64,000 nucleotides of DNA, from positions 24,941-88,940 of the forward strand of contig MFQT01000002.1 of assembly GCA_001783145.1 (NCBI GenBank), read 5' to 3'. A program made the position numbers and the translations under genes. Source of the stretch: Candidatus Magasanikbacteria bacterium RIFOXYB2_FULL_38_10. Lineage in GTDB: Bacteria > Patescibacteriota > Patescibacteriia > Magasanikbacterales > UBA10003. The notes beneath the pieces were generated by a model. That model worked only from the letters and a program-made list of their open reading frames with translations, did no database searches and had not been told where the DNA came from. Position 1 is the first letter of the stretch; every line of letters starts with the position of its first letter. Positions 40,338 to 49,905 of the stretch are shown here, piece after piece.

Positions 40338-41933
40338 TTAGTCTGCCGGAGTTACCCGCAGAATTTCTGCAATAGTTGTAAGACCTTGCTTCACCTTAGC
40401 CAAACCGGCCTGGCGCAAAGTCATCATGCCCAAACTTTTGGCCTCTTGTCTTAATTCAGCCGGCGAGAGACCACGCAAAAGAGCTTTCTTGAATTCCTCA
40501 GACATAGGCAATACTTCTTGAATTCCAACAAACCCCTTAAAACCAGTATTGCCACAAGTTCGGCAACCCCCACCCTTCTTTAATTTGAGAGTCACTAAGT
40601 CAGTTGATGTAAAACCAACAGAACTAAGACCCTCCATTGGGCTGTCATCATCTTCTCTGCAATCTTTGCAAATCCGACGCGCCAATCTTTGCGCGCAGAT
40701 CAAGGACAAAGAAGACGCCAGAATGAAGGGCGAGAAGTCCATATCAAGCAATCTGCCAACCGCAGAAGAAGCATTCTCGGTCTGGAAGGAAGAAAGAACC
40801 AGCCGCCCGGACAAAGAAGATTTGATTAGAGCTTCAATCGTTTCTCTGTCCCAAGGCGATTCCCCCACCATCATGACATTGGCACCCTGAGATTCCAAGT
40901 GCCGAATGGCTGCTTCAAGGTTGAAGCCAATTCTTGTATTTAGCTGTACCTGATTAATACCGCCAAAATCCTCCAAAATAGGGTCTTCAATCGTAAAGAT
41001 ATTCCGGTTAGGATCATTAAGTTCGGTAAGAAGAGCGTACAAAGTGGTATACCGACCGGAACCAACCGGACCGGTCACCAAAATCAAACCCGAGGATTTT
41101 TTAGCCGCCTGTGTTACTTGTTCAAGCTGAGCTGTTTCAAACCCCAGATTTTCCAAGTGCTTTCGCCCATTAGATCTATCCAGAATGTGCAGTACCACAC
41201 TTTCGCCATGAGCGACAGGCATAGTACTTACATTAAAGTCGACGTTCTTGTCCCTACCCATTACCAGTTGGATGCGGCCTTTTTGGGGCAAAAACCGATC
41301 AGTAATATCAAGATCAGCCATGATCTTGATTCTGGCAACTATGGCATCCTTCAGTTTCTGTGGAGGCCGCATAACTTCAAATAATTGACCTTCTATGCGA
41401 TAACGCACGCGAAAATTACGGGAGTAGGGCTCTATATGGATACTGGAAGCTCCGCGCTTTACCGCATCCACCAGAATCAAATTGACCAATCTGACTATTG
41501 GAACCTCTTGCGAGGATGAATACCCCATTCTTTCTTCTTCCCGATTATCAGGTTCTTCATCAGATGAATCCACGGGAAAACTACTCAAATCAACAGGAGT
41601 TTCTTCTTCAAAAGATTTCCCAAATCCAGAAGCAAGGTGTGGTGCCTCTACAAAACCAACCCTATAATATCTGTCCAAGGCTCGTTCAATTTTATCAGCA
41701 GGAATATTTGCAACTTCAACTTTATAACCAGTCAAAAACTTTATATCTTCAATGGCATCAGTATTACTAGGACCAACCATAGTGATAGTGAGGGTTTTGT
41801 CAACGATGCAAAGCGGCACGAGTTTAAACCGCAAGGCCACTTCTCGTGGTACTAAAGCCAACACATCAGATGGCACTTCATACTCATCTAGGTTGAAACC
41901 GGTAAAGAAATTAACACCAGTAGACTCGACCAT
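40338..41933 (-). CDS. GspE/PilB-family secretion ATPase homologue with degenerate catalytic motifs, GC-rich (about 48%)
   Basis: GSPII_E N-domain. Walker A is GPVGSGRYTT (K changed to R). Asp box is ESPWDRET (insertion). His box is SFQTENA (H changed to Q). Tetracysteine CKDC...CRTC is retained. RBS AGAGGT. Confidence 0.75.
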   Translation of the reverse strand: MVESTGVNFFTGFNLDEYEVPSDVLALVPREVALRFKLVPLCIVDKTLTITMVGPSNTDAIEDIKFLTGYKVEVANIPADKIERALDRYYRVGFVEAPHLASGFGKSFEEETPVDLSSFPVDSSDEEPDNREEERMGYSSSQEVPIVRLVNLILVDAVKRGASSIHIEPYSRNFRVRYRIEGQLFEVMRPPQKLKDAIVARIKIMADLDITDRFLPQKGRIQLVMGRDKNVDFNVSTMPVAHGESVVLHILDRSNGRKHLENLGFETAQLEQVTQAAKKSSGLILVTGPVGSGRYTTLYALLTELNDPNRNIFTIEDPILEDFGGINQVQLNTRIGFNLEAAIRHLESQGANVMMVGESPWDRETIEALIKSSLSGRLVLSSFQTENASSAVGRLLDMDFSPFILASSLSLICAQRLARRICKDCREDDDSPMEGLSSVGFTSTDLVTLKLKKGGGCRTCGNTGFKGFVGIQEVLPMSEEFKKALLRGLSPAELRQEAKSLGMMTLRQAGLAKVKQGLTTIAEILRVTPAD

Positions 41934-42080
41934 GTTTCTTACCTCTTATTGTAAAGGATCTTATATTTACACCCTACCAATTTATTATCATTTAGTCAAT
42001 GCCCAAACATTGACAAAATCACCTCAAAATGCTAGGGTAAAAATGATGGAAAGCAATTAACAACAAAGGAAGAAAGTACC

Positions 42081-42350
42081 ATGGCTACGCTGAAGGGAAC
42101 ATCTCTAAGCTTTAGTGGCTTAACTTTCGCGCAGATCGGCGAAAAAATCGTCGAGGCGTCTGGTTCTGATGACGGCAAGGATATCCTCCTTACGCTGACA
42201 GAAGGAGAGGAGCAGGGTTTCTGCGCAGTCGTCGGATTGAGAGTCGGCTGGGCCATTGCCACTCTGGTTTCTGATGCTATCGAAAAGAAAACTGGCCACA
42301 AACCCGAAGCATTCCCCTATCGGTACAGCAACCTCGTCTTTGAAACGTAA
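42081..42350 (+). CDS. small GC-rich hypothetical protein (possibly Roadblock/LC7-like)
   Basis: AAGGAAG RBS; 89 aa; GFCAVVGLRVGWAIATLVSD. Divergent from the PilB-like gene within the same GC-rich patch. Confidence 0.4.
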   Translation: MATLKGTSLSFSGLTFAQIGEKIVEASGSDDGKDILLTLTEGEEQGFCAVVGLRVGWAIATLVSDAIEKKTGHKPEAFPYRYSNLVFET

Positions 42351-42448
42351 CCAAGCTGGTGAAATTGCCCGGTGGTTGCAAAACTATCCGGGCTTTTATT
42401 TTACAAAAAACCCAAATCACCCTATAATCATAGATATTAAACATTACC

Positions 42449-43417
42449 ATGAAATACCATATCACTCCTGAAGAAAAAGGCACCCGTTTGGACAAATTCT
42501 TAGTGGAAAAAATGCCCCACCTTACCCGCACCCAAATACAAAAAGCGGTCAAGGGCGGGCAGGTTTTGGTTAACGATAAAAAACCCACGCCGCATCATTT
42601 TTTAAAAGGCGGCGATATTGTTGACACTGAAGAAATGAAAATTGACACCACATCCTCCGATTCCCAAAAAATTTCTTCAACCGGTAAAACAAAAACCAAA
42701 ACAAAATTTGTCTTTCCCAAATCTTTGGAGCCAAAAATAATTTTTGAAGATGAAAATTTTTTGGTCATTAACAAACCTTCCGGTATTTTAGTGCACGCGC
42801 GCGATGAAAAACTTTTGGATCAAGAACCAACCTTGGTGCACTGGCTAATCAAAAATTTTCCCGCCATTAAAAAAGTGGGCGAAAATTTAATTTTACGCCC
42901 GGGTATTGTGCACCGCCTGGACAAAGAAGCTTCGGGAGTTATGATAGTTGCTAAAACCAATCCGGCTTTTCATTTTCTTAAGGAACAATTCAAAACCCGC
43001 CAGGTAAAAAAAGAGTATCGGGCTTGGGTTTATGGCAAACTTCCCAAAACCTGGGATGTTATTGCTTTCCCTATTGGCCGCTCTCGTGATGAAGGCAAGA
43101 TGGCCGCCCGTCCGGTTTCCACCACTAAAGAAAAAATTCAGCCGGGCAAAGAGGCTGTTACAGAATATGAAGTCTTGCAAGAGTTTCCTCACAAAAGTTT
43201 AGTTAAAATAATGCCCAAAACCGGCCGCACCCATCAAATTCGTGTGCATTTTTACGCTCTACACCATCCTCTTTTGGGTGACCCTTTATATGAATCTAAA
43301 AGTTACAAAAAAATCCCTACCGAACGCTTAATGTTGCATGCTCATAAACTTACTTTAAAAAATTTAGCAGGCGAGGAGCAAACTTTTACCGCTCCCTTAC
43401 CTAAAGAATTTATATGA
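42449..43417 (+). CDS. rluD: RluA-family 23S rRNA pseudouridine synthase (RluD-like, S4 N-domain)
   Basis: HRLDKEASGVMIVAKT catalytic motif and S4-like N-terminus. Confidence 0.8.
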   Translation: MKYHITPEEKGTRLDKFLVEKMPHLTRTQIQKAVKGGQVLVNDKKPTPHHFLKGGDIVDTEEMKIDTTSSDSQKISSTGKTKTKTKFVFPKSLEPKIIFEDENFLVINKPSGILVHARDEKLLDQEPTLVHWLIKNFPAIKKVGENLILRPGIVHRLDKEASGVMIVAKTNPAFHFLKEQFKTRQVKKEYRAWVYGKLPKTWDVIAFPIGRSRDEGKMAARPVSTTKEKIQPGKEAVTEYEVLQEFPHKSLVKIMPKTGRTHQIRVHFYALHHPLLGDPLYESKSYKKIPTERLMLHAHKLTLKNLAGEEQTFTAPLPKEFI

Positions 43418-43959
43418 TCATCACAATTTCCGGAATCCCTGGTTCAGGCAAAAGCACCATTGGCAAAATCCTGGCCCAAAAATTAGGTTATAAATATCTT
43501 TCCATGGGCGATTTGCGCGGTGAGATTGCCTTAAAACATAATCTAACTATTGATGAACTCAACAAAATTGGCGAAACAGAAAGTTGGACAGACAAAGAAA
43601 CCGATGAATATCAAAAAAAATTAGGCGCCACTTCTGACAATTTAATAGTAGAAGGACGCCTGGGTTTTCATTTTATCCCCCATTCTTTTAAGATTTTTTT
43701 AAATGTAGGCACTAAAGAGGCGGCCCAACGTGCCTGGCAAAGCAGGGACAGCCGTCCGGACGAAAAAAGGCCAAAAAATTTGGCCGAGGCGGAAGACAAC
43801 CTGCTTTTAAGGCTGGCTAGCGATAAAAAACGCTATCTAAAATATTACCAAATAGATTATACTGAACCAACCAATTTTGACTTATTTTTAGATACCACCA
43901 ATTTACCCATTCCGGAGGTGGTTAAGATAATTCTTGACAAAATTCAGGCTTTAAGGTAG
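43414..43959 (+). CDS. cmk: cytidylate kinase-like (archaeal-type CMP kinase) P-loop kinase
   Basis: ISGIPGSGKSTIGK P-loop; 181 aa; 4-nt overlap with rluD. Confidence 0.65.
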   Translation: MIITISGIPGSGKSTIGKILAQKLGYKYLSMGDLRGEIALKHNLTIDELNKIGETESWTDKETDEYQKKLGATSDNLIVEGRLGFHFIPHSFKIFLNVGTKEAAQRAWQSRDSRPDEKRPKNLAEAEDNLLLRLASDKKRYLKYYQIDYTEPTNFDLFLDTTNLPIPEVVKIILDKIQALR

Positions 43960-43993
43960 AATTTAACTACTAAATTAAAGACGAATAATATTT

Positions 43994-44350
43994 ATGGCAA
44001 CTAACATTAAACAGACAGAGAATTTGTCCGAAGTAATTAAAAAATTAAGACCGGGCCAAACTGTCAAAGTCTACCACAAAATTAAAGAAGTTAACTCCAA
44101 AGGCGAGCTAAAAGAGCGCTTACAAATGTTTGAAGGAACAATTCTTCTTCACAAACACGGGCAAGAACCGGGCGCCACCATTACAATTAGAAAAATTTCC
44201 GAAGGCGTGGGGGTAGAAAAGATTTTTCCTATCCATTCTCCCATTATTTCCAAAATTGAAATAATTAAAGAAATTAAATCCAGACGCGCCAAAATGTACT
44301 TCTTGCGCAAACCTCACAAAAAATTAAGAGAAAAGAAAAAGGTTAAATAA
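43994..44350 (+). CDS. rplS: 50S ribosomal protein L19
   Basis: VKVYHKIKE...RAKMYFLR bL19 signature. Confidence 0.85.
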   Translation: MATNIKQTENLSEVIKKLRPGQTVKVYHKIKEVNSKGELKERLQMFEGTILLHKHGQEPGATITIRKISEGVGVEKIFPIHSPIISKIEIIKEIKSRRAKMYFLRKPHKKLREKKKVK

Positions 44351-44365
44351 ATTCTGTTTATTTTC

Positions 44366-44398
44366 AAAACCCCGCCCAAAGGCGGGGTTTTTGTTTTT
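44366..44398. terminator. bidirectional rho-independent terminator between rplS and uvrA
   Basis: AAAACCCCGCCcaaaGGCGGGGTTTTTGTTTTT. Confidence 0.7.
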
Positions 44399-44419
44399 GC
44401 CGATAGACGAACTAAAATT

Positions 44420-47260
44420 TTATTCATTTTTCTTTAAATACTGCCCGGTATAACTTTTCTTTATTTTCATCACATCCTTAGGTACGCCTTCGGCTACAAT
44501 TTCTCCGCCACGACGACCGCCTTCCGGCCCCAAATCTATCACCCAGTCCGAATTATTAATCACATCTAAATTGTGTTCAATAATCAAAACTGTATTACCT
44601 TTATCTACTAATTGATTTAAAACATTTAATAATTGCTTAATGTCTTCAAAATGCAATCCGGTGGTAGGCTCATCTAAAATGTAAAAAGTTTTTCCGGTGG
44701 CGCGGCGCGATAATTCCGTAGCCAATTTTACGCGCTGTGCCTCACCGCCAGACAATTTAGTGGCCGGCTGACCCAATTGCAAATAGCCCAAACCCACATC
44801 AACTAAAATTTGTAATTTGTCGGCAATGGCCGGAATGTTTCTGAAAAATTGACGAGCTTCTAAAACCGGCATATTCAAAACATCAACAATATTTTTACCT
44901 TGATAATGAATTTCCAGCACATCAGCAGTGTAGCGTTTACCTTGGCACTCGGGACAAAGCACAAAAACATCGGTTAAAAATTGCATAGGAATTCTCACAT
45001 AACCTTCTCCGGCGCAAGCCTCGCAGCGACCGCCTCCCTTAACATTAAAACTAAATTTGCCCGCATCATAACCGCGCATCTTAGCCTCGGGAATTTCCGT
45101 AAATAAATCACGAATAAAAGTAAAAACATTGGTATAAGTGGCCGGGTTGCTTCTGGGAGTCCTGCCAATAGGCGACTGATCAATCATAATTACTTTATCA
45201 ATATTGTCTAAACCTGTAATAGTTTTATGAGGTGCCGGCAAATCTTTGGAACGATAAAAATGAGCCGACAAAGCCTTGCCTAAAGTTTCTATTACCAAAG
45301 TAGATTTTCCAGAACCGGAAACGCCGGTGACACAAACCAATTTACCTAAGGGAATTTTAGCATCAACATTTTTAAGATTAAAGCCTTTAGCCTTTTGAAT
45401 AGTGATAAATTTACCACTGCCTTTGCGCGCGGAAGCCGCATGAGCAATTTGCACTCGGCCGGAAAGGTAGGCGCCGGTTAAAGATTTTTTATCTTTTTTA
45501 ATTTGCATTGGTGTGCCCTCGGCTACAATTTGTCCGCCGTAAGCACCTGCTCCCGGTCCCACATCTATCACATAATCAGCCTTTTCCATCATAGTGGCGT
45601 CATGCTCCACCACAATTACGGAATTGCCCAAATCGCGCAGAGCTTCCAAAGTAGCGATTAATTTTTCTAAATCCCTAGGATGAAGACCAATAGAGGGCTC
45701 ATCTAAAATATAAATTACACCGGTGAGCCCAGTGGCTAATTGAGTAGATAAACGCACACGCTGTCCTTCACCGCCAGATAAAGAAACCATGGACCTATCC
45801 AGAGTAATATAATCCAAACCAACCTTAATTAAATCATCCAGGCGTTTGCTCATTTCTTTTAAAACCGGAATAACAATTTGCGGCTCAACGGGGTTGCGAT
45901 CAATTTTAAGTTTGCCCTTGTCACCAATGGTCTTTTCCAATTCGCCAAAAAATATTTGCACGTCTCCCAAGGGCAAAGAAGTAATCTCGCTAATATTTTT
46001 GCCAAACAATTTTACAGCCAAAGATTCTTCTTTAAGCCTACGGCCTAAACACAAAGAACATTTTTTCTCCCGCATATATTCTTCTATTTCTTTTCTCACG
46101 TAATCAGAATCGGTTTCGCGATGACGACGTTCCAAATCATTTACTACGCCCTCAAATTCCACTTCTTTATTTTCTATTTTGTATTTTTCTTTGCCCGTGC
46201 CTTCTAAAATTAAATTGACAAATTTTTTATTCAATTCCCCCACTGGTTTATCCATGGAAAAATCCTGTTTATCCGCCACCGCTTTTAATAATTTTAAATA
46301 CCAATTTTGATTGCCGGTAATACGCACCCAAGGCTTAATGGCGCCTTCGGCCAAAGTTAAGCGCGGATTAGGAATAATCAATTCCGGATCGGCTTCTAAG
46401 GTAATACCCAGTCCCGTACACTTAGGGCAGGCTCCCTGCGGACTGTTAAAAGAAAAATGATTGGGCTCCAAATCCGAAAAACGACGGCCGCAATTAGGAC
46501 AGCGCCAATGGGTTGATAATAATTCTTCATCTTTAGAATTTTTGCTCCAAGCAATGATAATTAAACCATTGCCCAATTCCAATGCCAATTCCACCAAACG
46601 CATAATATCATAAGAGTTGACTAAATTTACTTCTCCCAAAATAACATCCAAATTGCTGATAGTTTGTTCCTTAACTTGAAACAAAAAATCTTCAGCGGTA
46701 AAATATTTTCCTTTAAAACGCAAATTTTTAATTTCTTTGGCTTCAATCAAGGAATGTACTTCTTGGAGATTCTTTTTTTCCATTCGGGCAAAAGGCGCCA
46801 TTATTTTAATGGTTCTTTCGTCATTGACTAATTGCCTGATTTTTTCCACAATTTGTCCCGGGGAATTTTTTTGCGCCTCTAAACTGCAATCAGGACAAAT
46901 CACCACGCCCACTCTGGCAAAAAGCAAACGCAGGTGATCATAAATTTCCGTCACCGTTCCCACGGTGGAACGAGGATTCTGCGTGGTGGAGCGCTGGTCT
47001 ATGGCAATAGTGGGAGACAAGCCTTTTATTTCGTCAACGTCGGGCTTATCCTGCATTTCCATAAATTGGCGGGCATAAGCGGAAAGTGATTCGGCATAAC
47101 GACGTTGACCTTCGGCATAGATGGTATCAAAAGCCAAAGAAGATTTGCCCGAACCGGATAAGCCGGTGATTACCACCAGTTTATTTTTAGGAATTTCCAA
47201 ATTGACATTTTTTAAATTATTGACTCGCGCGCCGCGAATGATCAATTTTTCTGAAGGCAT
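44420..47260 (-). CDS. uvrA: excinuclease ABC subunit A
   Basis: Two ABC modules ([10 protein letters not shown]; [10 protein letters not shown]), zinc fingers, 946 aa. Confidence 0.95.
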   Translation of the reverse strand: MPSEKLIIRGARVNNLKNVNLEIPKNKLVVITGLSGSGKSSLAFDTIYAEGQRRYAESLSAYARQFMEMQDKPDVDEIKGLSPTIAIDQRSTTQNPRSTVGTVTEIYDHLRLLFARVGVVICPDCSLEAQKNSPGQIVEKIRQLVNDERTIKIMAPFARMEKKNLQEVHSLIEAKEIKNLRFKGKYFTAEDFLFQVKEQTISNLDVILGEVNLVNSYDIMRLVELALELGNGLIIIAWSKNSKDEELLSTHWRCPNCGRRFSDLEPNHFSFNSPQGACPKCTGLGITLEADPELIIPNPRLTLAEGAIKPWVRITGNQNWYLKLLKAVADKQDFSMDKPVGELNKKFVNLILEGTGKEKYKIENKEVEFEGVVNDLERRHRETDSDYVRKEIEEYMREKKCSLCLGRRLKEESLAVKLFGKNISEITSLPLGDVQIFFGELEKTIGDKGKLKIDRNPVEPQIVIPVLKEMSKRLDDLIKVGLDYITLDRSMVSLSGGEGQRVRLSTQLATGLTGVIYILDEPSIGLHPRDLEKLIATLEALRDLGNSVIVVEHDATMMEKADYVIDVGPGAGAYGGQIVAEGTPMQIKKDKKSLTGAYLSGRVQIAHAASARKGSGKFITIQKAKGFNLKNVDAKIPLGKLVCVTGVSGSGKSTLVIETLGKALSAHFYRSKDLPAPHKTITGLDNIDKVIMIDQSPIGRTPRSNPATYTNVFTFIRDLFTEIPEAKMRGYDAGKFSFNVKGGGRCEACAGEGYVRIPMQFLTDVFVLCPECQGKRYTADVLEIHYQGKNIVDVLNMPVLEARQFFRNIPAIADKLQILVDVGLGYLQLGQPATKLSGGEAQRVKLATELSRRATGKTFYILDEPTTGLHFEDIKQLLNVLNQLVDKGNTVLIIEHNLDVINNSDWVIDLGPEGGRRGGEIVAEGVPKDVMKIKKSYTGQYLKKNE

Positions 47261-47275
47261 ACACTTTAAAAGTAA

Positions 47276-48694
47276 TTACTTATTGATAAAACAACGAGTT
47301 GGATCAATTGGAAGACATAACCCCGCGTCGCTATTGTCTAAGGATGGAAATTCAGATCTTGTTAAATTAATATTACAATTAAATCCATCCTCCAAATTTT
47401 TAAGGCTAAAAAGATTTTCTTTGGGAACCAGCACTGAATTTCTTGGCGAAGAAGAATCTTTTTGATAGGACAAAGCTTTACATGACCAATATTCAAAACT
47501 ATCCGAAGGCAATAATAATTTACTTAAATTAACATTACATAAACCATTTTGTTGACCTAGGGCAAACCAATCGTCACAGCCACCTGCCGCGCCTCCCTCA
47601 TCATTTACTTCAACTCCTAAATAAAAACCCAAAACACCGCCGCTACCGCAAGTGGAATTTATTTGATTTTCCAACCGACTTTTAGTTACATTAAATTTAT
47701 ATTTTTGGGAATTGGCACCAAGATTCTCGGCGGCAATTGATTGCACGAAAAACGTATCACCGTTATTTTTACAAATACCAATTAACTCAATTTTATTATC
47801 AATATAAGGAAATGGGACATCGGTAGAAGATATTACTCCCGATAAATTTCCCTCTTGGCAAAAATAGCTATTTTCACTTTGCTTCACGCAAACCTTGGGA
47901 ACAGCAGAATTAAAATCATTGCAAGCGTGTCCCCAGCAAGTTTTATTATCGGAATTTTCCCAAAAAAACTCATGACCGCAACGCGGGCCTTGCAAAAAAC
48001 CGCTTAAAGCGGGACTGCTGGAAAAAAGGTTAGTCTGGGCATCATATTTGTAATCCCCTTCTGGAACTTCCAGAGAGCTCTTAAAACTTCCCGCAAAAGC
48101 AACCATGGTTTTTAAAGGTAAATCTTTGCAAAATTCCACAGCAAGCGCGGCAGGCCTGACCATGTAAGTTTTTGGCAGACGCAACCTAACCAAATCCGGA
48201 TTGATCGTATAAAGCAAAGTATAAGCTCCGAGAAGCAAAAGCAAACCAAAAATAGCACTGCTGATTCTAGTTTTGGCGGCCGTCACTTTTTCCGCAGAAC
48301 CGGCCGAGGTTAAATAAATAAAACCACCAATAATAATTAAAATTACGGCAATCAAGCCGCCTACGCTAAGTGCAAAAAGATATATGGTTTTTAAATAATC
48401 ACCCAAATCAGAAAATTTAATCTTACCGCCTATGGTAATTTCCGCATCGGTTTGGCCGGCTGGAATGCAATAACCTGCATTGGGGCCGCAAACATTATCC
48501 AAACCCCCCACTAGAAAATTATCAGCGGAAAACTTCCATTTATTTTCTTCAATCATGGCTTTGCAACTGCTATAAGTCCAGCACAAAGGATTAGCAACCG
48601 ATCCAGACTCGCCGGTTCCCTGCGCCAAAACTGTCGGACTGAAAAAAAATAAACCCAAAACAATCGCTACCCGGAAAATTTTTTTGGATTTCAT
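47276..48694 (-). CDS. secreted cysteine-rich protein with internal two-helix hydrophobic hairpin (VirB2/TrbC-pilin-like)
   Basis: Signal peptide [26 protein letters not shown]. Hairpin [65 protein letters not shown]-terminal roughly 280 aa are Cys-rich, like the giant protein. Confidence 0.5.
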   Translation of the reverse strand: MKSKKIFRVAIVLGLFFFSPTVLAQGTGESGSVANPLCWTYSSCKAMIEENKWKFSADNFLVGGLDNVCGPNAGYCIPAGQTDAEITIGGKIKFSDLGDYLKTIYLFALSVGGLIAVILIIIGGFIYLTSAGSAEKVTAAKTRISSAIFGLLLLLGAYTLLYTINPDLVRLRLPKTYMVRPAALAVEFCKDLPLKTMVAFAGSFKSSLEVPEGDYKYDAQTNLFSSSPALSGFLQGPRCGHEFFWENSDNKTCWGHACNDFNSAVPKVCVKQSENSYFCQEGNLSGVISSTDVPFPYIDNKIELIGICKNNGDTFFVQSIAAENLGANSQKYKFNVTKSRLENQINSTCGSGGVLGFYLGVEVNDEGGAAGGCDDWFALGQQNGLCNVNLSKLLLPSDSFEYWSCKALSYQKDSSSPRNSVLVPKENLFSLKNLEDGFNCNINLTRSEFPSLDNSDAGLCLPIDPTRCFINK

Positions 48695-48883
48695 AAGTTA
48701 TTTTTAAAATCAAATATTTTTAAGTATTTTTTTCCAGCAAATTCATAAAGAAAACCTTCGCACAGGGTGAGCGGGCAGGGTGTCCGCCGATAGGCGGACG
48801 AGCGAGACCGAGCGAGAGCGCAAATTTCCCGCTGGGAAATTTGATAGCGTGTTTTCTGGTGAATTTGCTGGGGAAAAATAAAC

Positions 48884-49591
48884 CTACTTAATCAATTTCT
48901 CCCATTCTATTAAAGGAATGGCTCCTTCCACCTTTTGCCCATTCACAAAAAAAGTAGGTGTACCACTAATTCCTAAAGAATAGCCGTCAAACCAATCCAT
49001 TCCCACCTTTTGTTCTGCTAAGGCGCTTTCCAGGCATTTAGTAAATGATGGCACATCCAGACCAATTTGTCCAGCATAGCTCTTTAAATCTTCTAAAGTA
49101 AAGTTTTTTTGATTTAAAAAAAGCTTATCGTGATAAGCCCAAAATTTATTTTGCTTGCCGGCACAAAAAGCCGCCTCGGAAGCTTCTAATCCCCCTTTAT
49201 GAGCTTCATCTTGCAAAGGAAAATGCCTAAAAGTAAAACTCACTTGCTTGGGATATTTAGTTAAAAGCTCCCTCATAACGGAAAAAGCTTGCTTGGAAAA
49301 GGGACAGGTAAAATCGGCAAATTCCACAATTTGCAAGGTAGCGGACAAAGAACCCAGGGTTGGAGCCTCGTCATTTTTTATTTTAGTTGAGTCAAATTTT
49401 TGACTAGCCTCATTTTTATTAGGCAAATTAATTTCACTGAAATCGCCGGAGCTTAAATCTACAACTTCTCCTCTTTTAACCTTAATATAAAACTGGGTCG
49501 TAAGATAAATAAAATAAAGCAAGAATAAAGTTAAAAAAGACCCTAAGGCAATTAAAAAAAATTTTTTCATATGCTTCCAACTATTATACAC
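48884..49591 (-). CDS. membrane-anchored DsbA-like thiol:disulfide oxidoreductase
   Basis: N-terminal TM; thioredoxin CxxC (FADFTCPFSKQA); DsbA-size. Confidence 0.7.
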   Translation of the reverse strand: MYNSWKHMKKFFLIALGSFLTLFLLYFIYLTTQFYIKVKRGEVVDLSSGDFSEINLPNKNEASQKFDSTKIKNDEAPTLGSLSATLQIVEFADFTCPFSKQAFSVMRELLTKYPKQVSFTFRHFPLQDEAHKGGLEASEAAFCAGKQNKFWAYHDKLFLNQKNFTLEDLKSYAGQIGLDVPSFTKCLESALAEQKVGMDWFDGYSLGISGTPTFFVNGQKVEGAIPLIEWEKLIK

Positions 49592-49654
49592 TTTTTTAAT
49601 CTGTCAAGCAAGATGATTGACAGCCAAGCTCTACCTTGATATACTTTAAGACAT

Positions 49655-49876
49655 ATGAATCAATACCTTAATATAATACAAATCATCACAGCCGTTCTTT
49701 TAACAGCGGCTATTTTGCTTCAAGCCAAGGGCACGGGGCTTTCCGGAGTCTTTGGCGGCGAAGGCAACATCTTCAGAACCAAACGCGGCATGGAAAAAAT
49801 ACTTTTCTACGCTACTGTTGTCTTGGCAATTTTATTTTTTGCTACCGCGCTTGCCAATGTCTATTTCTCTAAGTAA
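49655..49876 (+). CDS. secG: preprotein translocase subunit SecG
   Basis: 73 aa, two TM helices, LLQAKGTGLSGVFGG motif. Confidence 0.75.
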   Translation: MNQYLNIIQIITAVLLTAAILLQAKGTGLSGVFGGEGNIFRTKRGMEKILFYATVVLAILFFATALANVYFSK

Positions 49877-49905
49877 CAAAAAGCGGAACTATTAAATCTG
49901 CTCAT

